Virus record (IMG/VR): IMGVR_UViG_3300050014_000823
Span: 186,001 to 250,000 of that record
Direction: 5' to 3' (one strand)
DNA length: 64,000 bases
Positions 21,479 to 32,721 of the stretch are shown piece after piece. Each line of letters starts with the position of its first letter. Positions within the stretch are counted from its first letter, which is position 1. Made by a program: the position numbers and the translations under genes. Below the pieces are notes generated by a model. It was not told the DNA's origin. It was given only the letters and a program-made list of their open reading frames with translations, and did no database searches.

Positions 21479-21515
21479 AAAAAAAAATGGAGAAAATTTC
21501 TTCTCTCCATTTTTT
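21479..21515. terminator. Bidirectional rho-independent terminator
   Basis: aaaaaatggaga...tctccatttttt. Confidence 0.7.
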
Positions 21516-21535
21516 GATATCGTAATTAACTATTA

Positions 21536-24500
21536 TTAGTTAACGAAAGCCAAACTGTACCATGCTGTTGATGCTGTGTCATACATTAATTCAAGTGCAC
21601 CAAAGTCAGTATTAATCAATCCAGTTGCTGAACCATCGATGTTATGACCGCCACCATTAACCGTGATATTGTTTACTAAGGCATTACCACTTATGTCTTT
21701 GATTTTGAATGCCTGTCCATTGATTGGTGTAGCAGGTAATGTAATTGTTGTTCCAGAAGTAGGATTAACCAACTGTACATATGTACTACCTGTTGTCAAC
21801 GTTGTTGAAACTGCAACAGTTGTCTTAGCATAAATGTTGTTCTTGTCACCAAGACTTGAACCTACAACAGTTTTAATTTCACCGGAAGTATTTCTTACAA
21901 GTACTGAATCACTTATAGTACCAGCATTTGGTATAGTAGCTAAACATGTTATACCACAAATTATAACATTTGTTGGATTTACTACTATACTATTTGTAGT
22001 GAAGCCATCAGTAGTTTTTATTTCTCCACATGAACTAAGTGCAGTAATATTTGTAACAGCATTAACATATTTTCCAATCATTTCAGCTTTACAAGTACCT
22101 GCATTTAAACATAAACTTGCAGAATAATCATTATTACATTTATATACACGAGAATAAACCGTATAACTATTAGGGTCAACACTCGTAAATGCTCTACAAG
22201 TTACAGAATTATCACCAATAAATAAGCTACTTGATGTAGATGTAATATTAGTATTTCCAGTTAAAGCACCACCAAGACTAACTATGCTACCTGCTTTGGT
22301 TAAACCGTTATTTGCAGTTATTGTTGTTAATCCTGTTAATGTAGCAACACTAAGTGTTCTAACTTCACCGCCTGTATTTCTTACAAGAAGAACATCAGAA
22401 GTTGCACCTGCTGTAGGCACAACACCAAGAGTTAATTTACCATTAATTGTTAATCCAGATGTACTGAAATCACCTTTAATAAGTGCATTAGTACCAGTAC
22501 CAATATAAAGTTGATTTGAACCAGCAGTTACTGCAGCACCAGCACCCTTACCAAGAATTATGTTATTACAGCCAGCCGAGATATTCAAACCAGCAGCACA
22601 ACCAATTGCAATGTTATCATTACCACTCGAAATATTCGCCAATGCATTTTGACCAATACCTAAGTTATTACTACCTGTAGTTACTATAGCACCACCCATA
22701 AGTGCTTGACAACCAATACCAATATTAAAAGCACCTGTACTAAGACAACTCATTATCTGTGTACCAATACCGATGTTTTGGCAACCAGTCATTAAACTAC
22801 TACCAAGTGCCAATACACTTCTACCAATAGCAATGTTACCACTTGCAGTTGGCTGTGCATAATATAGTGTTGAAAAACCAATAGCAAGGTTACATGTACC
22901 ACCACCAGAAGCAGGACCTGCAGCATAACCAATCCATGTGTTAGCATTACTTAATGTACTACCAGCAATTTTTAATATTGTTGAACCACTCTGCTGATAA
23001 CCAGCTTGAGTATTCAATTGTGCACCACCACAAACGTTAAGAGTAAATGCACCTGTTATACTTGTTGTACCTGTTAAAGCACCACCAAGTTTAACATTTG
23101 TTCCTTGTTTTGTTAAACCGTTATTTGCAGTTTGAATACCGCTTGTAGTAGTTTTACCAGTTACATAACCTGCGTCAACAAGTGAACGTGCTGTAAAACC
23201 TGCACAATAATTACCAGTATATTGAATACCAACCTGAGTAATACGTGAGTCTGTTATTACCAATGTTGGACTACCTACTCCAGATAATGTAAGTGTTGTT
23301 GCACCTGTTATTGTACCACCAAGTTTAACTTGTTGAGCTGCTCTTGTTAAACCATTTGTTGCTCCAGTTATAGCATTTGTTGCAGTTATTAAATCTGAAC
23401 AAGCAACCACAAGACATTCACCTGCGTTATATCCAACAGGAATTGCGGGAACTGCACCACAGTTTGCAGCACAAATACTAATAACACCCGCAGAATAACT
23501 TAAAGCAGTACCTGCAAGGTTAGGGTCAACACATAATCCAGTACCTGCTGTAGATAAACCACAACCTGTAGAACCACCGTTTCCTAAGTTAACACAAACT
23601 GTATGTACTCCACCAACCATTGAAATCGCAATACCTGCTCCTGCTTGAACATCAATGTTCGTTGCAAATAATGAGAAAGTTAATGAAGTTACACCTACTG
23701 TTATTGGGTTAAGTGTTGTTAATGCCCAAAGAGTATTATTTTGTGTTGAACCTGACGTTACCGGGATTAAGTTACCATTAGAAACTTCACCTGAAGGTGT
23801 TCCATCATAGTCAGTTGCACGTGTCCAAGTACTTGTTGAGGCACTATATATACCATTGGTTGAACCAGATGCTTGATTTTTAACAAGAATTCTGTCTCCA
23901 GTTACTGTTAAAACACCATCAATTGTTTGGTTACCGCTTAAAGTTATTGGACCTGTAGTTGCCAATCTTACTGCTCCGTGAACGTTAAGTCCAGTAGCAA
24001 TACTGTCAACATATTGTTTATCAACCAAAGAACGATTTGTATAGTTCAAACTATAATCAGATACATACACAATACCTGTTTGTGCAGCACCTGCTCTATT
24101 ATCGAAAATATTAAATCCTGAAGAACCATTAAAGTCAGCTAAGATACCAATAGCATTTGTTGTACCATTACCAATAGCACCACTACCAGATTCTGATTTG
24201 AACATTACTGTACCATTGCTTTGTCCAACAATAATTAAATCAGTTTCACCCGATGTTGCAAGTCTTAAGCCACAAAATCTTCCTAATGTCAATGTACGAT
24301 TACCATTATCAGATTCAATAATAGTATTTGCAACTAAAGCACCACCAAGGCAAACTTTTTGTCCTGTTGTACCAATACCATTTGTTGCTCCGGTTAATCC
24401 ACCAAGAGACGTAACTGATGTTGTACCAAGTACACCTGTTGAGGTATTAACACAAACTAAATTATTTGCACAACCAATAAGATTCTTTAATGCTACGGAT

Positions 24501-26122
24501 GAACCACCTAAGTTTACACCACCAGTTGCACCACTAATATTTATTTGATTTACGTTTTCACCTAAAACGAATGCACCTGTGATGCAAGTATTTCCTGTTA
24601 ATGCACCACCAAGAACAACTCTATTTCCAACCTTAGTTAAGCCATTATTTGCTAAAGATATGCCAGTACCACCTGTGATTAAATATTTAACCCAAGAAAC
24701 ATCTGGAATTGATTGTTCGGTTTGTGCAATGTATTGACAGAATGGTTGAGTATACTCAAGACCGTGGAAAAGTAATCCACATTCTGTTGCAACTGCAATT
24801 TTATCTTGAGATACTGATACTGATGTTAAACATCCGCTTGGTAATGCCTTTGAACTCAATACCACTGAACAGTTTCCTGGACACATTTTAATGCCAAGTG
24901 CTTCACCAACACCATCGATAAGATTCAGTTGTTTTGTATTAATATCAATTGTTGTTGCACCAGTTAATGTACCACCAAGTCTTATATTGTTACCTGCTTT
25001 TGTCAAACCGTTGTTTGCACTTATTGCAGTTGCACCAGTTATAGTTGCAACGCTTAAACATTTAACTCGTTTGTCAGTTGAATTCCAAACTAATACTGAA
25101 TCTGATGTTGTACCACCAGTTGGAGTTGTGAAAAGTTTAACACCACCAGTAAGTGAAACAGTACCAGCATTAAGTGAAACAACATTAGTAGCACCATCAA
25201 CACAAGCCAATGCTCCACCTGCTGATACTAAACCGATTCCATCTGTTGTTCCATCGATATACATTAATCCACTATTACATACTGACATAGAAATTTGATG
25301 TCCAGCAATATCAATACCATCGCTTACACATGCATATAATGATAAATTATTATTAGTAAATTTATAACATGCATTCGTATCTTCAAAACATAGTGAGTTA
25401 CCTGCTAATCCAATTGTTGTAGTACCAGTTAATGTACCACCAAGTTTAACATTTGTACCTTGCTTTGTTAAACCATTATTCGCAGTTTGAATACCAGAAG
25501 TAGTAGTTTTACCTGTTACCCAAGCAGCATCTGGAATTGAACGTGCTATAAAGCATGTGCTATAATCATTACCATACAATAAAGCATTTGTACCTAACAA
25601 TGTTGTTCTGCAACAGCCATTACAATTATAAAATTCTGAAAAAACACCATTATTTAATTGTGCGCAAACAATAACAGCACTATGACCCATACAACTATTT
25701 GCTGCAGCTACAACCATGTTACATGAACTTTCAGCAGGAGCACAACTTGTACCGACATATAATTTAGTTCCACTTGCTGTTGAGCAAGTGCCGTTTCCTG
25801 CCATAAAATATCTTAAAGCAACATCTGCAGGAATAGCAACGCAAGTATTGCCAGTTAAAATACCACCAAGTTTTACTTGTTGTGCTTGTTTTGTCAAACC
25901 GTTGGTTGCACCAGTTATTGCTGACCCTAATACACAAGCAGTTTTACCTGTTACATAAGCTGCATCAGCTAATGAACGTGCAGTAAACGTTGAACTTTGG
26001 TCTGAGGTATAACAGATTGTACCAACAGATGCAATCTTCGTATCACCCGATAATGTTAATGGAGTGCCATCTGTTTGCTCAAACTTAGCACAACTTAGAT
26101 TTAATTTTGTTGAAAATGCCAT
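21536..26122 (-). CDS. Long tail-fibre-like protein (1528 aa)
   Basis: Eight NGLT..LGG.LTG modules, an LSGNQTIDGV..GDRILVKNQ..NGIY fibre domain and NxAxG beta-roll repeats. Confidence 0.8.
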   Translation of the reverse strand: MAFSTKLNLSCAKFEQTDGTPLTLSGDTKIASVGTICYTSDQSSTFTARSLADAAYVTGKTACVLGSAITGATNGLTKQAQQVKLGGILTGNTCVAIPADVALRYFMAGNGTCSTASGTKLYVGTSCAPAESSCNMVVAAANSCMGHSAVIVCAQLNNGVFSEFYNCNGCCRTTLLGTNALLYGNDYSTCFIARSIPDAAWVTGKTTTSGIQTANNGLTKQGTNVKLGGTLTGTTTIGLAGNSLCFEDTNACYKFTNNNLSLYACVSDGIDIAGHQISMSVCNSGLMYIDGTTDGIGLVSAGGALACVDGATNVVSLNAGTVSLTGGVKLFTTPTGGTTSDSVLVWNSTDKRVKCLSVATITGATAISANNGLTKAGNNIRLGGTLTGATTIDINTKQLNLIDGVGEALGIKMCPGNCSVVLSSKALPSGCLTSVSVSQDKIAVATECGLLFHGLEYTQPFCQYIAQTEQSIPDVSWVKYLITGGTGISLANNGLTKVGNRVVLGGALTGNTCITGAFVLGENVNQINISGATGGVNLGGSSVALKNLIGCANNLVCVNTSTGVLGTTSVTSLGGLTGATNGIGTTGQKVCLGGALVANTIIESDNGNRTLTLGRFCGLRLATSGETDLIIVGQSNGTVMFKSESGSGAIGNGTTNAIGILADFNGSSGFNIFDNRAGAAQTGIVYVSDYSLNYTNRSLVDKQYVDSIATGLNVHGAVRLATTGPITLSGNQTIDGVLTVTGDRILVKNQASGSTNGIYSASTSTWTRATDYDGTPSGEVSNGNLIPVTSGSTQNNTLWALTTLNPITVGVTSLTFSLFATNIDVQAGAGIAISMVGGVHTVCVNLGNGGSTGCGLSTAGTGLCVDPNLAGTALSYSAGVISICAANCGAVPAIPVGYNAGECLVVACSDLITATNAITGATNGLTRAAQQVKLGGTITGATTLTLSGVGSPTLVITDSRITQVGIQYTGNYCAGFTARSLVDAGYVTGKTTTSGIQTANNGLTKQGTNVKLGGALTGTTSITGAFTLNVCGGAQLNTQAGYQQSGSTILKIAGSTLSNANTWIGYAAGPASGGGTCNLAIGFSTLYYAQPTASGNIAIGRSVLALGSSLMTGCQNIGIGTQIMSCLSTGAFNIGIGCQALMGGAIVTTGSNNLGIGQNALANISSGNDNIAIGCAAGLNISAGCNNIILGKGAGAAVTAGSNQLYIGTGTNALIKGDFSTSGLTINGKLTLGVVPTAGATSDVLLVRNTGGEVRTLSVATLTGLTTITANNGLTKAGSIVSLGGALTGNTNITSTSSSLFIGDNSVTCRAFTSVDPNSYTVYSRVYKCNNDYSASLCLNAGTCKAEMIGKYVNAVTNITALSSCGEIKTTDGFTTNSIVVNPTNVIICGITCLATIPNAGTISDSVLVRNTSGEIKTVVGSSLGDKNNIYAKTTVAVSTTLTTGSTYVQLVNPTSGTTITLPATPINGQAFKIKDISGNALVNNITVNGGGHNIDGSATGLINTDFGALELMYDTASTAWYSLAFVN

Positions 26123-26188
26123 AATTTCGTATTTTTATGTTATTTATAAATAGTTAAAAAGCCGATAAGTCTTTGCATTATGTTAAAT

Positions 26189-26944
26189 TTAGTTTATGAA
26201 TGCAGTTGCACTCCAAGAGTTTCCATTATTGACCAAAGTAACTGAGCCAAAGTCTGTATTAACAGTCGCACAATCGGCACAGTTAATGCATCTTCCATTA
26301 CCATTTACAATTATCATACACTCTAATGCATGACCACTAACATCAGTAATTGTAATCCTCTGACATGGTTTTGGTGTTACTGGCAAACAAATTGTTGAAC
26401 CACTCTGAGCACCAATAAAATCATTCGAACAAGTTGCCACATATACAGCAGTAACTGCTTGACAATAAACATTAACCTGATTTGATTTACCCGTTACATA
26501 TCCTGCATCAACAATTGAACGTGCAATATAATTCAAACTATAATCACCCGCATAAGTAACACCAATTTGATTTGAAGCAAAACGTGAGTCAACAAATGTT
26601 AATGTTGAGCCAACCGAGAGCGTAAGTGTAGTACCTGTGATTATTGAACCACCCAATCCAAGACTTTTACCTGAATTATATAGACTTAAACCGTTGGTTG
26701 CACCTGTGATAGTTCCACCTAATGATTTAAGTACCAAATCACCGTCACCGATACCAGTTTTATACCAATATTCACTACCACCAATGTTAACAGTTAAACC
26801 AGTATACCTAACACCACCGACACCACCAGTAATATTACTGTTCGCTTGACCTACGCTCGTATATGGTGTAAGGTTGCATAAATATCTGCTATCCGTTGGT
26901 TTCGGAGCACTTGTGTAAATATTATCACTTAAATTTATTGCCAT
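26189..26944 (-). CDS. Short fibre paralog
   Basis: N-terminus MAINLSDNI..APKP.DSRYL shared with 26956-28857; C-terminal domain shared with 21536-26122. Confidence 0.7.
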   Translation of the reverse strand: MAINLSDNIYTSAPKPTDSRYLCNLTPYTSVGQANSNITGGVGGVRYTGLTVNIGGSEYWYKTGIGDGDLVLKSLGGTITGATNGLSLYNSGKSLGLGGSIITGTTLTLSVGSTLTFVDSRFASNQIGVTYAGDYSLNYIARSIVDAGYVTGKSNQVNVYCQAVTAVYVATCSNDFIGAQSGSTICLPVTPKPCQRITITDVSGHALECMIIVNGNGRCINCADCATVNTDFGSVTLVNNGNSWSATAFIN

Positions 26945-26955
26945 ATCTGTATTTT

Positions 26956-28857
26956 TTAACTATTTCTAAATTGTATTGGATTTGCATCTGTTGCAGCATA
27001 TCCACTCATATAGACTTTATAATTTACACCCGCCCAACATCCCTGTGCCGAAGTAATTGCTATTGGACATTCATCTGGATATTTATCTGACGGAGCATTG
27101 TTAATTCTACCGTTATCAAGTGCGTTTACAAACCAACAGGTCTTTGATGTTGAGGTTGCAGGTATTGCAAGCCAAGTCCATTCACCACTGCTACTAAATG
27201 TAACTGTAACTGTTCCATTACTATCTGCAACTGGTTTTGCAATACATCCTGTTGTTATAAGAGCATTTGTTACTCCGGGACGACTACCTGCAGCAAGTTT
27301 ACCATAATAATATGGATAAATACCTGTTATTGAAGCATTTGATACATTTGAACAACCACTTACTAATGGTGTGTTATAGTTTGTTCCCGAACTACCTTTT
27401 GGTTGAACGCCACAATCATATCTTGTACAAACACTCCATGTCTGACCGCCTAATAATACACTATATGCAGTTGCTGTTTCAACAGCAGGTGAACTTGCGC
27501 ATGCTTGAAATCCCACAGGCATTTGACTGCCTGTAAAACTATATGCATTTGGTAAACCGCTTCTGAATGGAGAAGCACTACAATATTGTGGAGAAATACT
27601 ACCTCTACTAAATGTTGCAGTAACACTCAAACTTGCTATTGAGCAACCAACTTCAAATGTGCCAGAAGGACTTAAACCAATGCTTACACTTGGATTTACC
27701 AAAGAAGTCGGAAATAATTCTGGTGCTAAAATCTCTTGAAGTAAGCATAATGCTGTTTTTCCCGTTAAATTATCTCCTGCAGTTACACCACCAACTGTTT
27801 TTGTTGCGGGGTTAGCAAGATTATAAGTACCACCAGTAGCAACAAGACTTTCTGCAAATTGCTTAGTTATAAGCGAGTTGGCTGAAAGACCCGGAAGATA
27901 ACTACCACTATATTGTAAATTAAAACCGCCACCTAAAACTGTATTTCCTGTTAAAGTACCACCTAAAGCCAAACCCGCCATTGTAGCTGTTAAACCATTT
28001 GTGGCATTCACACTAACTGTATGTGTACCGCCAGATTGAACAACTGTTATGCCAGGACCACCCAGAACATCAGAAACGTGATTAAATAATACAAAATTTA
28101 ATGATGTTACACCGACAAATATTGGGTCTGGTGTTGAAAGCACCCATGAACTATTTGCATTTGTGTTTCCACTTAAAACCCACATATATGAACCACTCTC
28201 CACTTCAGTACCGTCAAAGTCTGTAGTACGACCCCAAATACCTGTTGAGGCACTATATACACCATTTGCAGTATCACCAGTGGTAGAATTGTTTTGATTT
28301 TTAACCAAGACTCTCATGCCAGTGGTTGTCATATACCCATCAATTAACTGATTACCGCTTAAAGTGATGTTGCTTGTTGTTGCCAAACTAACCGCTTGTT
28401 TTGGTTTTAATCCGGATAGTATTGCATTTGCATAACCTTTATCAATTAAAGAACGGTCAGTATATGATGCACTGTAATCACCTGCATATCTTAAGGTATA
28501 TTGTGAAACAGTACCATCAAAGACAGTATTTCCTGTTAATACACCACCTAATATTGCTGTTGTACCACTTTTAACAAGTGTTAAACCATTTGTTGCACCT
28601 GTCAATACGCTTGTGCCACCTAATGATTTGAGCACTAAATCTACGTCAGCCACTCCAATTTTATACCAATATTCTTTATTAACACCACCTGTCTGAGTAC
28701 CGTTTATTAATACAGTTAACCCCGGAAATCTTTCGCCCGAAGGTATAAGCATATTAACCTCAGTTGTGCCAGTATATGGAACAGTAATGTTCAGATATCT
28801 ACTATCTGCTGGTTTCGGTGCTTGGACCTTAATATTATCACTTAAATTTATTGCCAT
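26956..28857 (-). CDS. Fibre-like virion protein
   Basis: MAINLSDNI N-terminus, LSGNQLIDG..RVLVKNQ domain, C-terminal GIYPYYYGK...FRNS domain. Confidence 0.7.
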   Translation of the reverse strand: MAINLSDNIKVQAPKPADSRYLNITVPYTGTTEVNMLIPSGERFPGLTVLINGTQTGGVNKEYWYKIGVADVDLVLKSLGGTSVLTGATNGLTLVKSGTTAILGGVLTGNTVFDGTVSQYTLRYAGDYSASYTDRSLIDKGYANAILSGLKPKQAVSLATTSNITLSGNQLIDGYMTTTGMRVLVKNQNNSTTGDTANGVYSASTGIWGRTTDFDGTEVESGSYMWVLSGNTNANSSWVLSTPDPIFVGVTSLNFVLFNHVSDVLGGPGITVVQSGGTHTVSVNATNGLTATMAGLALGGTLTGNTVLGGGFNLQYSGSYLPGLSANSLITKQFAESLVATGGTYNLANPATKTVGGVTAGDNLTGKTALCLLQEILAPELFPTSLVNPSVSIGLSPSGTFEVGCSIASLSVTATFSRGSISPQYCSASPFRSGLPNAYSFTGSQMPVGFQACASSPAVETATAYSVLLGGQTWSVCTRYDCGVQPKGSSGTNYNTPLVSGCSNVSNASITGIYPYYYGKLAAGSRPGVTNALITTGCIAKPVADSNGTVTVTFSSSGEWTWLAIPATSTSKTCWFVNALDNGRINNAPSDKYPDECPIAITSAQGCWAGVNYKVYMSGYAATDANPIQFRNS

Positions 28858-28869
28858 ATCTATTGTTTT

Positions 28870-30735
28870 TTAACTATTTCTGAATTCCATTGGAGCACTT
28901 ATTGCACCAACAGTTCCACTCATATAAACCTTATAATTTATGCCCGACCAACATCCTTGTCCAGAAGTAATTCCAATTAAACATTCATCAGGATATTTAT
29001 CTGATGGAGCACAATTCACATGACCATTATCAAGAGCATTTACATACCAACATGTTTTTGCTGTTGCTGTGTATGGAATTGCAAGCCAAGTATATTCACT
29101 TGTACTTGAGTTGAAACTAACCGTCACAGTACCGCTACTGTCTGCAACAACCTTAGTTCCACCAGTTACAAGAGAATTTGTTACAGCCGGACGACTACCT
29201 GCAACGAGTTTACCATAATAATACGGATAAATTCCTGTTAAACTTGCAGATATTGCAGAAGTTTCTCCTGCAATTAATGGCGAACAATAATTATAACTCT
29301 TACTATCTTTTGGCTGAACTCCGCAATTATAATGCTGACAACTTCCCCATGTTTGTGTACCATATAATAATTCATACGTACCTGCAGGAAAAGTAAATGT
29401 GGGTGAAGTGCAACTAAATGCACCCGGAGCAGTTTGTGTACCTGTAAGGCAATATAAGTTAACACCATTACTTCTTTTACTACATGTTGCAGTAAACTGT
29501 GGATTAATACAGCCAGCATCAAAACAACTTAAAATACACAATGGAATATGACAACCCACTTCAAAAGTACCTGAAGGACTTAAACTCATACTACTACTTG
29601 GATTAGTAAGTACTGGATATAATGTTGGGACTAATAATTCCTCGAATAATTCAAAAGAAGTTTTACCAACTAATGATGTTCCTGCACAAATTCCACCAAC
29701 ACATATTGCAGCAGGACTTGCTAAGTTATATGTGTCACCACTACCGCCAGTACCACCGCTTGAAAAAATAACGATTGTGTCACCACTTTGAGTAACAACA
29801 GTGTTTCCACCACCCACAATAGTTCTGAAATTCAATGTGGTATCACTAATATTTATTGTTGTGTCTTTATAAACATCAACACCAATTCCGACATTTGAAC
29901 CTAAAACTGTTGGAGTTTTTCCAGAAAAATAAATCAGGGATTCGTCAGCAGTAATTTTCAGCAAGTCTGGAGTTTTACTCTGAATTGTTTTAAAATTCAA
30001 CACATTATTAACTTCACCTGCAAATACTGGCGCACCATTAGTATATGTACTACCTGTGGTAAGACTTCCAAGTACTGTGTTTATAACCGCAGTTGAGCCG
30101 TTATTATAAAAACTTCCTGTTACCCAAGCAGTTGTAGTGTACGGAAATGTTGTTACACCATTATAATATGAACTTACTGTCGGATTAATACCAATCAAAT
30201 TGGTAACATCGCCATCAACAAAAATCCAACCAACACTATAGTCTAAACCTTCATTCCAAATCCATGACTTAACCTGCCCGGTTGATTTTAAGTAACCTCT
30301 TTTAGCAATATTATCACTCGGTGTACCAGTATGAATTTTAAAATCAGTACCCCTATAAAAATAATTATAAAGTGAATTATAATTACCATCATAGGTATTG
30401 TCAGTCATGTTATCAATTGGAAGTGTCTGAATACCAGTAAATCCACTGAAATATCCAACATTAGTTCCACCTGTAACAAAATCACCAATCGGAACAGTTG
30501 AGTCGTATTTCTTTTCAATAAGATTAATATCAGCAACACCGTCTTTATACCAATATTCAATATTAGTTCCACCGCTATTAACAAGTACAGTTAAACCATT
30601 ATATCTTACAGGAACAGGTAATAATGCATTTGCTGAAGTTACTGAAGCATATGCGGTATTACCAGTGGTTAAATATTTTGACTCACTCGGTTTACCCGCA
30701 TTTATTTTAATGTTATCGTTTAGTATTATTGCCAT
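28870..30735 (-). CDS. Fibre-like virion protein (paralog)
   Basis: MAIILNDNI N-terminus and GIYPYYYGK...MEFRNS C-terminal domain. Confidence 0.7.
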   Translation of the reverse strand: MAIILNDNIKINAGKPSESKYLTTGNTAYASVTSANALLPVPVRYNGLTVLVNSGGTNIEYWYKDGVADINLIEKKYDSTVPIGDFVTGGTNVGYFSGFTGIQTLPIDNMTDNTYDGNYNSLYNYFYRGTDFKIHTGTPSDNIAKRGYLKSTGQVKSWIWNEGLDYSVGWIFVDGDVTNLIGINPTVSSYYNGVTTFPYTTTAWVTGSFYNNGSTAVINTVLGSLTTGSTYTNGAPVFAGEVNNVLNFKTIQSKTPDLLKITADESLIYFSGKTPTVLGSNVGIGVDVYKDTTINISDTTLNFRTIVGGGNTVVTQSGDTIVIFSSGGTGGSGDTYNLASPAAICVGGICAGTSLVGKTSFELFEELLVPTLYPVLTNPSSSMSLSPSGTFEVGCHIPLCILSCFDAGCINPQFTATCSKRSNGVNLYCLTGTQTAPGAFSCTSPTFTFPAGTYELLYGTQTWGSCQHYNCGVQPKDSKSYNYCSPLIAGETSAISASLTGIYPYYYGKLVAGSRPAVTNSLVTGGTKVVADSSGTVTVSFNSSTSEYTWLAIPYTATAKTCWYVNALDNGHVNCAPSDKYPDECLIGITSGQGCWSGINYKVYMSGTVGAISAPMEFRNS

Positions 30736-30740
30736 ATCTT

Positions 30741-31865
30741 TTAACTATTTCTTAATTCCATTATTGTTGCTGAAGCAGTCTGATAATTACTGATATAAAT
30801 CTTGTAGCACTGACCACCCCAAAGTACTGTTGAAACAGGACAAACGGTTGTATTTGAAGGAAATAGATTACCACCAGGACTTACAGCACCACCAATATTA
30901 CCGTTATTAAGTGCATCTACAAACCATTTTGTTTTAGTTGCTGAAGCATCTGGTGTTGCAAACCAAATATAATCATCTGGAGAGCTGCTGAAATTAATAC
31001 AAAGTGTACTTGTACTTAAAGCAACTACTTTACAACCACCAATTATCATTGCACATGTTGCAATTGGTCTATTAATACCTGCAGGGCAACCACCACTTGC
31101 TACTTTACCGTAATAATAAGGATATAAGCCACAAACACTTTGTGCAATTGGTGCTATACAACCAGCAGGCAATGCAGTGCAAAATACTGCACCACTGCTA
31201 TCATATGCGGGTGTTGGACCTGCATCATAACAAACTGTACCATATGAGGTATTATTGCCGGGAGTTATTGTGTGAGCAGGCATTGCATAGGTTGATGTTA
31301 ATGTAGTCAGTAAGCAATTACAGAAACCACCATTCATGTCTTGATATCTATGAGTATTTGGTAAACCACTTCTGAAACAGCAAGTACCACAATATTGTGG
31401 AGCAATTGAACCTCTGGTGAAGTTTAAACAACCCGTAACACTCACACTCACACCAACTTCATAATATGTTGTTGAAGGACTGATGTAGAATGAAAGTCCA
31501 GGTGCTGATACAGCAGGACTAACTGTTGGTACTAATATACTCTCAAGTATGTCTGAAATTGGCAATCCATATATTGGACTTCCACAACATAATCCACCTA
31601 CTGTACATGTTGTTGGCGATGCACCGCTATACACTCCACCGCCACCAGTACCTGTTGAAGGTTCTAAGGTAATTTTACCATTACAATAAGTTAATACATC
31701 GAAATTAGTTCCACCAGTTACAATGACAGGAATAAAGTTACTGCCATCAGATATTGAGAAACCTGTTACATTTTCAATTTTTGTCTGACCCGATAATGTT
31801 AGTGTTGTACCCTCTAATTGCTTAAATTGTTCATCACTAAGGTTTGGACGTGCGAAAAATCCCAT
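30741..31865 (-). CDS. Cys-rich virion protein (paralog)
   Basis: RPNLSDEQFKQ..G..LTLSG N-terminus; GLYPYYYGK...MELRNS C-terminus. Confidence 0.7.
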   Translation of the reverse strand: MGFFARPNLSDEQFKQLEGTTLTLSGQTKIENVTGFSISDGSNFIPVIVTGGTNFDVLTYCNGKITLEPSTGTGGGGVYSGASPTTCTVGGLCCGSPIYGLPISDILESILVPTVSPAVSAPGLSFYISPSTTYYEVGVSVSVTGCLNFTRGSIAPQYCGTCCFRSGLPNTHRYQDMNGGFCNCLLTTLTSTYAMPAHTITPGNNTSYGTVCYDAGPTPAYDSSGAVFCTALPAGCIAPIAQSVCGLYPYYYGKVASGGCPAGINRPIATCAMIIGGCKVVALSTSTLCINFSSSPDDYIWFATPDASATKTKWFVDALNNGNIGGAVSPGGNLFPSNTTVCPVSTVLWGGQCYKIYISNYQTASATIMELRNS

Positions 31866-31877
31866 ATGTTTTTATTT

Positions 31878-32594
31878 TTAAATTATTATATTATTTTTTA
31901 ACACTTCTGAAAGATTTTTTCTTTCAGTATATGGAATACGCAATAAAGTAATATTATTTTTCTCTGCATATTCAGATTTAATTTTATCATTCAATTGAGT
32001 AACCATGTATTCGCTTTCACCACCAAAACATTCAACGGGTTTAAAATGTTGTCTTCCATCATATTCAATAAGTATATTTTGATTTGGTAAATAAAAATCA
32101 TACCTCAAATTTCTACGATTCCTACACCCGTTAAAAGTTTTTTGTTTTTCATACTTAATTGAATGTTGATTCAGCCAATAACCAATTAATTTTTCACCCA
32201 CACTACCAATCATCATGCTTTTCTTATTTACCCTTTTAATAAACCTTTCACGTCTAATTCTTGGTTTAATATTTTTATTACATACTGAGCAACCAATTGG
32301 ACCGTGTAAATGATTAATTGGTGTTTGTGTGAATTCTATGTCATGTTTTTTACATGTGATTATAATTTTAGTTGACATATTAACATATTCACACTTCGAG
32401 TAATCAAAAATATCGCCATGAACATTAACTGCTCTTTCAATAAATTGTATTGTTGTTAATGACTTATTCTTCTTCTCACGATTTATTTCAATAACACTTA
32501 ATCCGGATTCAAAAAACGAGTTATATTTTTGTTTATATGTGTGCATTTCTCTTTTCATTTCTTCGTAACTGCAAGCCGTACCCCTAATTAGCAA
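31878..32594 (-). CDS. Putative homing endonuclease (DUF723-like plus PD-(D/E)XK), paralog of 882-1601; start uncertain
   Basis: FIERAVNVHGDIFDYS..C..H...HL.G..GC..C; RYDFYLPNQNILIEYDGRQHF. Confidence 0.75.
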   Translation of the reverse strand: MLIRGTACSYEEMKREMHTYKQKYNSFFESGLSVIEINREKKNKSLTTIQFIERAVNVHGDIFDYSKCEYVNMSTKIIITCKKHDIEFTQTPINHLHGPIGCSVCNKNIKPRIRRERFIKRVNKKSMMIGSVGEKLIGYWLNQHSIKYEKQKTFNGCRNRRNLRYDFYLPNQNILIEYDGRQHFKPVECFGGESEYMVTQLNDKIKSEYAEKNNITLLRIPYTERKNLSEVLKNNIII

Positions 32595-32670
32595 ATCCGA
32601 AGTTTTTCCTTCGGTTTTATTTATAATAAATACAATAGAAACAGATTAAAAACTTACAGTTGTGGAAAAT

Positions 32671-32703
32671 AAAAAACCCCGTAAGATTTCTCCTACGGGG
32701 TTT
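32671..32703 (-). terminator. Rho-independent terminator after the ARPP-like gene
   Basis: aaaccccgta...tacggggttt stem followed by a T-run on the minus strand. Confidence 0.75.
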
Positions 32704-32721
32704 CGATATACTTATTCAATC

